64,000 bases of DNA. It comes from Acidobacteriota bacterium. GTDB taxonomy: Bacteria; Acidobacteriota; Vicinamibacteria; Vicinamibacterales; CAVVIG01. Location of the stretch: the NCBI GenBank assembly GCA_039931615.1, contig JBDTRR010000001.1, forward strand, positions 202,593 through 266,592, written 5' to 3'. A program made the translations under genes and the position numbers. This document shows, one piece after another, positions 1 to 9,162 of this stretch (position 1 is its first letter; each line of letters opens with the position of its first letter). The notes below the pieces were generated by a model. The model searched no databases. It had not been told where the DNA came from and was given only the letters and a program-made list of their open reading frames with translations.

Positions 1-92
1 GACGGATCAGCGCGCTGACGTCGCGCCAACTTCTTCCGGCGGTCTGTGGAAAAGCTGTTGATGATCGGTGCATAAGTTGTTGACGGATCGAA

Positions 93-446
93 ATGAAAAT
101 TTTTTTCGCGGCGCGATCGAGCGTGTGCGGGGGTCTTCGTGTCTCTCTTCGCTTGTTTGCCGCAGGCGGTCGCGTCAGAATGCACGGCGCTCAATCAACG
201 GACGCGGCGATTTTGAAACTCGTGACCAATGTCGTGCATCGCTTCGAACAATCAATCGCGGGACGCCCATATCTCATCGAAGTCGCGAACGTCGCGCAGG
301 ATCGCTGGCGCGCCTATATCGTGCGCATTCCCGGAGTCCCGACCGCGCTGATGCCGTTTTACGGCCGGACCCCGGACGAAGCCGCCGCCCTGCTGACCGA
401 GTGGCTGAGCCGGGCCTATCAACGCGCGGCCACCGCGCAGGGGTAG
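93..446 (+). CDS. small hypothetical protein (more likely starts at ATG 180, 88 aa)
   Basis: ORF with protein-like composition (AILKLVTNVVHRFEQSIAGRPYLIEVANV...). AT-rich stretch just upstream. No recognisable family. Confidence 0.35.
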   Translation: MKIFFAARSSVCGGLRVSLRLFAAGGRVRMHGAQSTDAAILKLVTNVVHRFEQSIAGRPYLIEVANVAQDRWRAYIVRIPGVPTALMPFYGRTPDEAAALLTEWLSRAYQRAATAQG

Positions 447-471
447 GCCACTGCCGGGGTAGGATGGGGCC

Positions 472-1524
472 ATGACCGCCGGTTTCGCCAGGGCCCGAGC
501 CGCCGCGCCGATCGTCATCGCCGTTCTCTGTCTCGCGTTTTCTCTTCCCGCCCGATCGCAGTCTCGCGTCGAGCCGCTCAAGCGGCCCGATTTCGATCGC
601 ATGGCCTCCCAGCAGGCCGAAACCGACAGAAACTGGCGCGCGGCGAGTGACGGACGGATGCGCCTGGAGAAGATCACCTATCGCAGCCGGGCTGACGATC
701 TCGACATCCCGGCATTCGTCTTCCAACCGCTCAAGTCGCGCGGCGCCAGGAGCCACCCGGCGCTGGTCTGGGTTCACGAAGACATCCGCGGCCACCTCTA
801 CGAGCACTACATTCCCTACATCCGCGAGGCCACGGCGAAGGGCTACATCGTCATCGCGCCGGAATACCGCGGCGGGATCGGATACGGAACGGCGCTCTAC
901 GACGCCATCGACTACGGCGGCGCCGAGGTCGACGACGTGGTGACGGCGGTCGAGGTGTTGAAGAGCAGATACGCGGACGTCGATCCGGCGCGGGTGGGCG
1001 TCATCGGCTGGAGCCACGGCGGTCTGATCGCGCTGCTGTCGGTGTTCCGCAACCCGACGACGTTCACGGCGGCGGTGGCGATGGTTCCGGTGACCAACCT
1101 GTTTCAGCGGCTCGCCTGGAAGGGGATCGACCGGCAGCGGCAGCTGATCGATCCGCACAATCGGTTTGGCGGTCCGCCCTCCGCCAGGCGACGCGTCTAC
1201 AAGGAGCGATCGCCGCTGTTCGGCGTCGATCGCCTGCAGATTCCGCTGTTGGTCGCGGTGGCGGCCAACGATCAGGACGTCAACATCGAGGAGAGCATGC
1301 CGCTGATCGACGCGCTCCGCGCCCGCAAGCCGGACCTGGCGGAGACAAAGGTGTATCAGAACCCGCCCGGCGGCCATCAATTCGATCGGCGCGTCGACTC
1401 GCGGTGGCAGCCGGAGAACACGCCCGACCAGCGCGATTCGTGGCGGCGGGTCTGGGGATTTCTCGACCGCCATCTCGAACGAGTCAGGCCGTCCGCCGCG
1501 GTCGCCACCACGGCTCCGCACTGA
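472..1524 (+). CDS. secreted S9-family serine peptidase / alpha-beta hydrolase (prolyl oligopeptidase / acylaminoacyl-peptidase type)
   Basis: N-terminal signal-like segment. Nucleophile elbow GWSHGG, with later acidic and GGHQF histidine regions typical of the S9 catalytic domain. Confidence 0.85.
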   Translation: MTAGFARARAAAPIVIAVLCLAFSLPARSQSRVEPLKRPDFDRMASQQAETDRNWRAASDGRMRLEKITYRSRADDLDIPAFVFQPLKSRGARSHPALVWVHEDIRGHLYEHYIPYIREATAKGYIVIAPEYRGGIGYGTALYDAIDYGGAEVDDVVTAVEVLKSRYADVDPARVGVIGWSHGGLIALLSVFRNPTTFTAAVAMVPVTNLFQRLAWKGIDRQRQLIDPHNRFGGPPSARRRVYKERSPLFGVDRLQIPLLVAVAANDQDVNIEESMPLIDALRARKPDLAETKVYQNPPGGHQFDRRVDSRWQPENTPDQRDSWRRVWGFLDRHLERVRPSAAVATTAPH

Positions 1525-1596
1525 TTCGACCGGACACCAGCCTCCTTTTTCTGGGCGGTTTGAGGCCGAACCTCGCTGGATCTAGAATGCCGCACC

Positions 1597-2028
1597 ATGA
1601 CACCAGCAACCGGCCGCGCCAGACAGGTGCCACCCGAGGACCTCGACGATGAACGGGGCGAGGGCCGGATGGGTTTTCTCGACCATCTCGACGAGCTCCG
1701 GACCCGCCTCATCCGGGCGCTGGTGGCGATCGCGGGCGGCATGGCGATCACCTTCTACTTCGTCGATCGGGTCATCAGTTTCATTCTCGCACCGGCGCAG
1801 CGGGCGCTGCCGGACGGTACGACGTTCGTGTTCACGCGGCCGGGCGAGGGGCTCGCCTTCCACCTCGACGTCGCCATGCTGGGTGGTGCGATCCTGGCGG
1901 CGCCGTTCGTCATGTATCAGGTCTGGCGCTTCATCGCGCCCGGGCTGCATGCGAAGGAGCGACGCTACGTCGTGCCGTTCGTGGCGCTGTCGGTGGTCGG
2001 CACCGTGTGTGGTGCGATCTTCACGACC
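1597..2028 (+). pseudogene. tatC: Sec-independent translocase TatC, 3'-truncated (only about the first 120 aa / first three TM helices)
   Basis: MGFLDHLDELRTRLIRAL...VMYQVWRFIAPGLHAKERRY is the canonical TatC N-terminus. TatC-like sequence is lost after ...VCGAIFT (about nt 2026). The 223-aa ORF then reads through the tRNA gene as R/S-rich nonsense. Confidence 0.7.
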
Positions 2029-2071
2029 GGCTCCAGCCGGCCGGGGTCGAGGTCGTCTCGGCTGAGACGCG

Positions 2072-2080
2072 TGGTAGAAT
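2072..2080 (+). promoter_or_regulatory. possible extended -10 promoter element (TGgTAGAAT) for the tRNA-Ala gene
   Basis: TGGTAGAAT lies about 20 nt upstream of tRNA position 1. No good -35, as is usual for extended -10 promoters. Confidence 0.3.
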
Positions 2081-2100
2081 CAGGGTTTCCCCTCCCACGT

Positions 2101-2176
2101 GGGCCAGTAGCGCAGTTGGGAGCGCGCATGAATGGCATTCATGAGGTCACCGGTTCGATCCCGGTCTGGTCCACCA
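2101..2176 (+). tRNA. tRNA-Ala (anticodon GGC), CCA encoded
   Basis: Folded by hand. Acceptor GGGCCAG/CTGGTCC with the Ala identity pair G3:U70, D-arm GCGC/GCGC, anticodon stem CATGA/TCATG with loop AT-GGC-AT, T-arm CACCGG TTCGATC CCGGT, and 3' ACCA. Confidence 0.9.
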
Positions 2177-2431
2177 ACCTTCGCTCTCGTGTCAGGCGAA
2201 GGTTGCCCACCATAGCGCCGAAGGCGCGACGGTGGGCTCGTCTCCGTCTGTCCCAGAGCTACGGTTAGCAGGCCCAGTGACGACACCTGGCGCCGTCGGC
2301 AGATAGCAGATCCTGATCTACTCGCTGACCATCGAGATCGCAATTTCTCCGCGCCCTTACAGTCCGCAAGAGCGGTCGCGCCGATTTCAAACCCTTTTCC
2401 CACGGCAGAGGCCTTGCCTCACTGCGCGGGC

Positions 2432-2686
2432 ATGCCACTCTCTCAGACCATCGTCTACGTTCTCAAAAGCGATGCGGACCCAAGCCGCTACTACACCGGC
2501 CTCACGTCGCACTTGGCAAGGAGAGTCGCCGCGCACAATGCGGGGCGGGTGCCACACACGGCCAACGGTCAGCCTTGGATCGTCGACGTCGTTGTCGAGT
2601 TCGCCGACGAGCGACGGGCCGTCGCGTTCGAGAAGTATCTGAAGTCAGGCTCAGGCTGCGCGTTCGCACAGCGACATCTAAGGTGA
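2432..2686 (+). CDS. GIY-YIG nuclease superfamily protein (small UPF0213-like)
   Basis: TIVYVLKS...YYTGLTSHLARRVAAHNAG...PW...EFADERRAVAFEKYLKSG matches the GIY / YxG / R / E / K-S-G pattern of stand-alone GIY-YIG proteins. A TTG start at 2414 is also possible. Confidence 0.8.
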   Translation: MPLSQTIVYVLKSDADPSRYYTGLTSHLARRVAAHNAGRVPHTANGQPWIVDVVVEFADERRAVAFEKYLKSGSGCAFAQRHLR

Positions 2687-2689
2687 CCC

Positions 2690-3745
2690 CGTTTCGAGCG
2701 ACGTTCGCTTCTGGGACGTCGAGGGCGAACGCGGCCGGCGCGTCTTCGAGCACGAGCACGGGCCCTTCGACCAGTTGCCGGTGAGTCCTCGGACCACAGG
2801 ACTCGCAGCGCACGAAGGCGCGCAACGGGAAGTCCGGGTGCGCGCGCTGCTGCGGCGTGGTGCTCGGCACTCGCCCGGACAAGACCGCTTGCACACGGTA
2901 GAACAGGTCCTCGGAGATCAGGGCCTCGAAGTCGCCGCGTTTTCCGCGAACGCCGTACTCGGGCACATCGACGATGCCGGCGTACAGCTGATTGCTCAGG
3001 AGCGTCCCGATCGCCTGCGACGTGAGCGGACGGTTCCGGCGGTTCGTCAGGCCCCATGCTCGCGCCTGTTCAAGCACTTGCTGCTTGGTGAAACGCCCGG
3101 TTGCGTACTCCTCGAACACTCGACGTACGATCGGGGCGCGTTCCGGGTCGGGCATCAGGCTCTTGCCCATCGCGCGCGGCGCGTTCAGGTAGCCGAGCGG
3201 CGCCAGGAACGTCCAACGCCCCAATTCCAGCGCCGCCTTCATGCCGGCGCGCGTCCGGGCAGAGCGACAGTCGTTGTCGAACTGCGCGAACGCGGCCAGC
3301 ACGCCCTCCATCAGCTTGCCGGTGGACGTGTCGGCGATCGGCTCCGTGGCAGACCGCAGCGAGATGCCCAGGGACTGCAGCATCGAGCGCAGCGCGAAGT
3401 GGTCGTACTTGCCTGGCGCGCCGTAGCCCGCAGGGCGAAGGCGGGTCGCGCGCGAAACGCGTCAGGTTGAACACGACGACGAAGTGCACGCGGCCTTTGT
3501 TCAGGCGGCAGTACGTGAGCAGGCTCTGGAGCTGGCTGCGGTCAGTGGTCTTGGCGCTCTCGCCCTCTTCGTGGAAGCGTTCGAGGATTTCGTAGCCCTG
3601 GCGGCGGCAGTACTCCTCGCACGCGCGAAGTTGCGTCGGCAGACTTAGGTTTTCTGTCTGCTCCTTCGCCTGCCAGCCGAAGCTCCCTCCGGCGTCGTGA
3701 GCGACGGTTGGTGCTGACGCGTACGTAAATCACCGCGCCGACCAT
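2690..3745 (-). pseudogene. large serine recombinase (resolvase/invertase N-domain plus recombinase domain plus zinc ribbon), at least 3 frameshifts and 3'-truncated
   Basis: Pieces lie in three frames. These are MVGAVIYVRVST (catalytic Ser motif), then ...EQTENLSLPTQLRACEEYCRRQGYEILERFHEEGESAKTTDRSQLQSLLTYCRLNKGRVHFVVVFNLTRFARD, then ...GISLRSATEPIADTSTGKLMEGVLAAFAQFDND...YAGIVDVPEY...VRCESCGP, then LTGNWSKG. The C-terminus is lost where the GIY-YIG gene ends. Confidence 0.8.
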
Positions 3746-3805
3746 GGTTGGTAGCGTAGATCCATTCGCCGGCTCGGGCAAGCTGCGTCTGCGAGGCACA
3801 ATTTT

Positions 3806-3991
3806 CTACTCGGAAGCGCGGCACTGCGACTGGTACATCTCGACCACGACGTACGCCATTGTCTCGGCGTGCCGGCGGACGTCCTCGATGTCCTGATCGG
3901 TCATCGATTCCGCGTCCTCGCCGAGCAGTTCCCGACAACGCGCGATCGAAATCGGTTCCGGCTTCGGATCCGCATGTTCGCCGTACTCCAT
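3806..3991 (-). CDS. small acidic hypothetical protein (61 aa) upstream of the recombinase remnant
   Basis: MEYGEHADPKPEPISIARCRELLGEDAESMTDQDIEDVRRHAETMAYVVVEMYQSQ has protein-like composition. Its position is typical of small island accessory genes. No family recognised. Confidence 0.35.
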   Translation of the reverse strand: MEYGEHADPKPEPISIARCRELLGEDAESMTDQDIEDVRRHAETMAYVVVEMYQSQCRASE

Positions 3992-4914
3992 GGGCACCCC
4001 TGCGAACTGGCAGCAGACGTTCCTGATGCATTGGAGTGCGCTCGAAGCGCGCCGACATGGTGTCGGCGCGCCGTGACGATGAGCGTGGATGTGGCGTGAC
4101 GCCGACACCGAAGCGCGTGACTCGAAGTCGAACGCGGTGATCGCACTGGACGTGCGCGATCAGTGGACTTGATTGTTGAAGGAGCTGACGGCTTTGCTCT
4201 GAGAGCGTCGGCTTCAGCGCTCCGCGTCTGGCAGACTGCGGAGGGATGCACGATGCACCGAGGAGATCTTCACCATACGACCACCGATGAATCGCGTCAA
4301 TGCTGAATTGAGGTCGAGCTTCGTCGGCCATCACATAATTGCGACCTTCGAGCTGCGCGGAAGCGGCGTCAAGGCCTCAGCCCGCAGGGTCGAGCGCAGC
4401 GAGAGCCTTGACGACGCCGAGCACAGCTCGATCCTAGTGATGTGATGGTCGATATTTCTCGACGGAATCATCGTTGGAGGTGTCGGCGAATCTTGGGAAG
4501 ATCTGTCTGAGTTCGGGCGCGACGACACGTCTGAGATCTGCGTGTTGATCGACGGGCGGACACGGGCAGGATCGCGTTGTGGATCTCGCGACTTGGGACC
4601 CGTCGAAACAGTCGCGACACTTGCGGCGGAATGACGGCTGCCGACACGGGCGCCGAGGTCCTTCAGCGTGTCGTGAGCGACCACATCCGTGGCCGCAGGC
4701 TTGGCAGGCCAAGCGGCCATTTCGGGTGGTCGCTCACGCCACGGGATTGCTGTTGGCGACTGCCCCGGCGGTGGCACCATTCAGGCGGGCGGCACGAAAC
4801 GCCGCCCGACGACGGCGCCCTTAACCTGTGGGCCGACACGCAGTTGCTCTGTGTCCTTGCTGGGCGCGAGCCACGTTCGTCGACGAAGAAGAAGCGTGGC
4901 CGAAGAGGCATCCA

Positions 4915-4960
4915 GGGGGGAACACCTCGCGCGGAGGGGCGTTCCCCCCCGGTGTTCCCC
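4915..4960. repeat. nested inverted repeats (GGGGGGAAC/GTTCCCCCC and GGGGAACACC/GGTGTTCCCC)
   Basis: Read directly. 4915-4923 pairs with 4941-4949, and alternatively 4917-4926 pairs with 4951-4960. Confidence 0.6.
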
Positions 4961-5077
4961 TTGTTGAAGGGCTGATTGAGCAGTGGTCGCTCAACATGTG
5001 CCCTGCCCTGACGAACGAAATCTGACGGCATCGCTGACGTGTGACGGGGTGCTACGATCGACCCGCCCAGAGGCTCG

Positions 5078-5335
5078 ATGCCGACCTTCCCGGAGTGGTG
5101 GAATTGGGATCTTTCGTTCACCGGCCACGCCGAATTGCGCATGGAGCAACGAGGCGTGACGGAGGTGGAAGTCCGCGCTATGCTGAAGCGAGCCACGGGG
5201 TTCGAGGCCAGCGTCGTGGAAGGCAGATTCATGATCAACACCCATCGCGGGCAGAGACCCTGGGTTGTGATCGTCGAGCCCGACGCCGAAGCTAGGTTGC
5301 TCATCGTCGTGACCGCTTACGAGGTGTCCCAATGA
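5078..5335 (+). CDS. DUF4258-domain protein (putative toxin of a DUF4258/DUF2283 pair)
   Basis: ...FTGHAELRMEQRGVTEVEVRAMLKRA... matches the H-A-x-x-R-M-x-x-R-G-I core of DUF4258. There is a 4-nt ATGA overlap with the next gene. Confidence 0.7.
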   Translation: MPTFPEWWNWDLSFTGHAELRMEQRGVTEVEVRAMLKRATGFEASVVEGRFMINTHRGQRPWVVIVEPDAEARLLIVVTAYEVSQ

Positions 5336-5604
5336 CAGAGCGCTCGCTGCAGGTGACGTATCGGAAGGGCCGGACATTCGCGGCGTACCTGCACCTCTCG
5401 CATCCAACCGGGGCGAAGAGCGCGAGGACCGTAGCATCGCCAGACGGGCTACTGATCGTCGACTACGCCGCGTCGGGCAAACCGTTGGGCGTCGAAATCA
5501 CCGCGCCGCAGGCGGTCCCTCTTGATCGACTCAACCAGCTCCTCGCGGAGCTAGGCGAGCCGCCCCTTGCGGAGCAGGACTACCGACCCGCTCGGGCGGC
5601 GTAG
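5332..5604 (+). CDS. DUF2283-domain protein (putative antitoxin partner)
   Basis: ...AAYLHLSHP...LLIVDYAASGKPLGVEITAP... matches the DUF2283 pattern (YI.L.....ivDyd.dG.ivGiEi). Translationally coupled to the DUF4258 gene. Confidence 0.7.
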   Translation: MTERSLQVTYRKGRTFAAYLHLSHPTGAKSARTVASPDGLLIVDYAASGKPLGVEITAPQAVPLDRLNQLLAELGEPPLAEQDYRPARAA

Positions 5605-5611
5605 CCGCACG

Positions 5612-6147
5612 GTGTCGAGTGTTTTCGTCGCCGGTTCGCGGCAGATTTCTGGGCTTCCGGCCGAGGTCGGGAGCCGTCTCGATACGATGATCGAGATAGT
5701 TTCCAAATCCTCGTCGGTGACGCCAACGGCGCCGACAAGGCGGTCCAGCAGTACCTTGCCGACAGGTCGTATCCGAACGTCCTCGTGCACTGCATGAAGG
5801 ACCATTGCCGGAACAACGTCGGGAGCTGGCCGACCCGTGAGGTCGCCGCCCCGCGCGGCGCCAAAGGGTTTGACTACTACTCCCTCAAGGACCGCGCGAT
5901 GGCGGAGGCAGCGGAGTACGGGCTGATGCTCTGGGACGGCAAGAGCAAGGGCACCGTCAACAACGTCGTCAACCTCTCCCGTGAGCATAAGCCGGTCGTC
6001 GTCTACGTCGCGCCAACCAGACAGTTCCGAACCGTCAAGACGTTCGACGATCTCAAAGACCTTCTCGCACAGGGCGCTTTAGACAGCGTGGAGCGCATCA
6101 TCAGCGAGCTGCACCTGGACGCCGGGCAGCAAAGAGCCGCGGGCTAG
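5612..6147 (+). pseudogene. SLOG/DUF2493-like Rossmann-fold protein with one frameshift near 5690-5700
   Basis: Frame 2 from GTG 5612 reads (M)SSVFVAGSRQISGLPAEVGSRLDTMIE. Frame 1 then reads FQILVGDANGADKAVQQYLADRSYPNVLVHC...EYGLMLWDGKSKGTVNNVVNLSREHKPVVVYV. Together they give the GSR ... GxAxGAD ... W-D-G-x-S-x-G-T pattern of SLOG-type nucleotide-binding domains. Family assignment is motif-level only. Confidence 0.5.
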
Positions 6148-6192
6148 CTTGGCTGGAGTCTCTCGACGGGAGGCCCCAGTGGTTGACACCCG

Positions 6193-7710
6193 ATGCTTAG
6201 CATGTTGGAGGACCTCGTGATCGCTCGAGGGGCGCTCTATTCGTCTTACCGCCAGGTGCGGATTCGCAATGCCGTCGTGTGCGCCGTGCTGGCGATTCCA
6301 CTCATGGCCGTCAGAGCAGCAGGCGCACCGCTGGATATGCGGCTGCACGTCGACGCGTCGCTTCGTACCAATGCCGTCTACCACCTCGCCTGCCTCGGTG
6401 GCTCCATCTCCTGCTCGCGCGAGATCTTCGAGCGCTTCTGGAAAGACCGTCTGCACGAATCGGTCGATGACCGTCAGACCGTAGCCGCGTGGCAGCGGCT
6501 GCTCGCGAGCGCAGTCGAGCGTGCGCCGGAAATGAAGCCCTCGCCACTTCTGATCAATGCGGTCCCGATGCACCCGGACGGGCTGGCGCGACGTCAGGTG
6601 ATTGCCGGTCTCATCGAAACGCGGTCCGCAGCAGCCCTCCAGCGCCGGCCGTCCAGGTTGAGCCGCGCTGAAGCAAGCGAGTTGATCGGACTCGTCGACC
6701 GCGTCGAGCGGCGCCTCCGTCCGTGGTGGCGCGCCCAGGGCGAGCGATTGGCCAAGGCGCGGATCCAAGGCGTGACTGAGACGGCCCGGCGAAACCAGAT
6801 GATGCAGGCATTGGGGCGGATGGCGCGGTTCCTGGAATCCGTACCGCCAAGTCGTGATGCCTATGTTCACGCCATCGCACCGCCGGAACCGGAGTCGAAA
6901 GACTACAATGCGACCGCCATTCTGAATCACCTGCCGATTGAAGCGGTCACTGCCGCCAACGATCCGAACGAGATTGTCGAAGGTGCCGTGCACGAGATCG
7001 CGCACTATCTCTACGACTACATCCCTCCAGACAAGCACCTCGCACTTGTGAACGAGTTCGTCGCGGCGGGCGCCCCATCGATCGCCGGGATCTACTCGTA
7101 CCTCCACGAAGCGATGGCGATTTCGGCGCAGGAACTCTACGGTGACGCGCTCGAAAAGGGCGGGGCTGACCGTGACGACGATGCCGGTACCGGATACAAG
7201 CATCGGTATATCCCGGCGCTCGCCAGTGCGGCCGCGCCACTCGTGAAGGCGGCCGTGGCACGGGATGAACACCTGGTCGGAGGGTTCTCGCGGTCGTACA
7301 TTGCCGGCGCCTTGTCGAAGCTCGAAGGCCGCCGAAACGAGTTGCCGTTCGTCTTTGCCCAGGCGGTATTGGTGACGACCAGTGGAAGCCGCGAATTCGC
7401 CGACGCATTCCAACGCACGCTGTTTCCAGTCGGCACCATACGGTTCAATGATCTGGCGAAGGCCGAGGCGTTTCCCGACGCGAATCTCGTGCAGTTTTCC
7501 GCTTACGCCGAGCTCGGCGCCATCAGGGAGCCCCAGCTCGTCCAGCTCCGCGACACTAGCCGTGGCTTCGCCTTCGCATCGCCGCGCGGTCGCGGCGGCT
7601 ATCATCTGATAGTTGCTGGCAGATCCGACAAAGACATTCTTGCCGTCATCGGGAAACTTGGCGACGTTGACACACTTGTCGGACCGGGACTCGTTGTCAG
7701 CCTCGACTAG
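6193..7710 (+). CDS. hypothetical 505-aa protein with an HExxH zinc-metallopeptidase-like motif
   Basis: GC-rich third codon positions on the + strand. GAVHEIAHYLYDY (HExxH) is followed about 45 aa later by YLHEAMAISAQE. The long antisense ORF 6079-7776 is R-rich shadow. Confidence 0.6.
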   Translation: MLSMLEDLVIARGALYSSYRQVRIRNAVVCAVLAIPLMAVRAAGAPLDMRLHVDASLRTNAVYHLACLGGSISCSREIFERFWKDRLHESVDDRQTVAAWQRLLASAVERAPEMKPSPLLINAVPMHPDGLARRQVIAGLIETRSAAALQRRPSRLSRAEASELIGLVDRVERRLRPWWRAQGERLAKARIQGVTETARRNQMMQALGRMARFLESVPPSRDAYVHAIAPPEPESKDYNATAILNHLPIEAVTAANDPNEIVEGAVHEIAHYLYDYIPPDKHLALVNEFVAAGAPSIAGIYSYLHEAMAISAQELYGDALEKGGADRDDDAGTGYKHRYIPALASAAAPLVKAAVARDEHLVGGFSRSYIAGALSKLEGRRNELPFVFAQAVLVTTSGSREFADAFQRTLFPVGTIRFNDLAKAEAFPDANLVQFSAYAELGAIREPQLVQLRDTSRGFAFASPRGRGGYHLIVAGRSDKDILAVIGKLGDVDTLVGPGLVVSLD

Positions 7711-7873
7711 TCGGTAGGCCGAGACCTCCAGCGACCGCTCCTCATCGTCACTATGCGGCACGCCGCAGGGTATCAACGATCTGCAGCCACTTCGCGATCC
7801 GGTTCCAACGGGCGCTGTTCTGGTCCACCATCCTTCGCTCGCCTTCGGCGAGCTTCGGCTCGGTAACCCTCAG

Positions 7874-8806
7874 ATGGACGTGTGGGGCCTGTCGTATGGG
7901 ACGCGACTCGCCCTCGTGGTTGAACGAGATTTCCCGCAGGCCGTCCACAGCCTGGTGCTCGACTCGGCGCTGCCGCCATCGGTGAATCAGCTCGTGGATC
8001 GAGCGGCGAACGCCGAACGGGCGTTTCGGGTTCTATTTGACGCCTGTGCGGCCGACGTGGCGTGCGCCTCAGCGTATCCGCACCTGGAAGCCGTCTTTTA
8101 CGATCTCATCGCCCAATTGAATCTGACTCCGGCCCGCTTTCAGGCGCAGCATCCGGGCACGGGCCAGGTCTACAACGTGGTGCTCACGGGAGACCGACTC
8201 GTCACCACCCTGGTCGACGCGCTCGTCCCACCTTTCCTCATTCCCATCGTGCCTTTGGTTGCGGCGAGCCTTCGGAATGGCGACTTCACGCTGATGGCTC
8301 AGGCGACGAGCCTGCTCTGGTTCGACGACCGCCGCAGCGTGGGGATGTTCTACTCGGTCAACTGCGCGGACGAGGCGAGCAGGACGTCACTACGGCGAGT
8401 GTCCGCTGCGAGGAGGAATGTCCGGCCTGAGATAGCGGTGGCCTTGAGGGAAGACGCGCAGTTGCGCGTCTGCGCCGGATGGGGCGCGGCGGAGCCCCTG
8501 TCGGGAGCCGCCACGCCAGTTGTGAGCAACGTGCCGACGCTCATCCTCGCTGGCGAATACGACCCTCTGACGCCGCCACGTTATGCGAGGATCGCTGGCC
8601 GGACGCTGCGCCACAGCGCCCGGTTCACATTTCCCGCGATCGGGCACAACCTCCAGCGCGCCGCGCCCTGCGCCCACCAGATGACGATGGAGTTCCTTGC
8701 GAATCCCAGGCTGACACCAGATGCCAGTTGCATCGCCGAGATGCCGCCTCCCAGATGGGTTCTCCCACCCGGGTTGCCCCCCCCTTCTAGTCCCCCGGAT
8801 CGGTGA
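7874..8806 (+). pseudogene. alpha/beta hydrolase (TAP-like / S33 tripeptidyl aminopeptidase type), 5'-truncated
   Basis: The ORF begins MDVWGLSYGT, so the GxSxG nucleophile elbow sits 5 aa from the first Met and the N-terminal half of the fold is missing. The C-terminal TAP-like region (ILAGEYDPLTP...FPAIGHN) is present. Confidence 0.65.
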
Positions 8807-8824
8807 TTTCTGGCAATAGTCTCG

Positions 8825-9040
8825 TCACGCGCTCTGCACTTCCTGCGTGCGGAGACCGAACCGCCGCATCTTGTCGAGGGTCTCGTCGGCCGTCTTGGTC
8901 CAAGTGAAGAGCTTGCCTTTGTCGTTGTGGGCGTCGACGTACGCCAGGATGGCTTCCCGCAGTTACTGGACGCTCGTGTGCGATCCCCGTCGCAGCGCCT
9001 GCTCGGTCAGCAGGCCGCAGAAGCGTTCCACGAGGTTGAG
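8825..9040 (-). mobile_element. IS630-family transposase C-terminal remnant with an in-frame stop
   Basis: Reverse-strand translation gives LNLVERFCGLLTEQALRRGSHTSVQ*LREAILAYVDAHNDKGKLFTWTKTADETLDKMRRFGLRT. This is the conserved C-terminal tail of IS630/Tc1-type DDE transposases. No upstream DDE domain remains. Confidence 0.7.
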
Positions 9041-9162
9041 CCTTCAACGCGGACATCTCCGCGGCCTCCTTCGCCGCCTGCCGGGTCTGGATATTGTCCG
9101 CGTTCAGGACTTTGGCCTGATTTCGCGGACCCAGAGGCGGGTCGGAACCGACCGGGGCCGCA

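Noticed and set aside
1597-2268. The 223-aa TatC ORF taken at face value as a full-length gene.
   Set aside because: TatC-like sequence stops about aa 145 of the ORF. The remainder is read-through across the promoter-like box and the tRNA-Ala gene, so it is annotated as a truncated gene.
3992-5070. ORFs 3645-4334(-), 4331-4780(-), 4663-5304(-) and plus-strand partners in the island.
   Set aside because: Only short stretches look protein-like (for example MMADEARPQFSIDAIHRWSYGEDLL). There are no motifs, the compositions are heavily R/S/P-rich and the frames overlap. The region is treated as decayed or non-coding.
6079-7776. Long antisense ORFs, including 6079-7776(-), 11120-12151(+), 15474-17039(-), 20536-21912(-), 22594-24648(+), 34209-36338(+), 44779-45741(-) and many 60-300-aa ORFs in the track.
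   Set aside because: They mirror better-supported genes on the opposite strand. They are Arg/Gly/Pro/Ala-rich with no motifs, and they lack the GC3 codon bias of the partner frame. This is typical shadow-ORF behaviour in GC-rich DNA.
7751-7948. A 65-aa minus-strand ORF ending ...MVDQNSARWNRIAKWLQIVDTLRRAA between the HExxH gene and the hydrolase fragment.
   Set aside because: The tail looks protein-like and may be another gene remnant. I could not assign a family, and it overlaps the upstream extension of the hydrolase reading frame.
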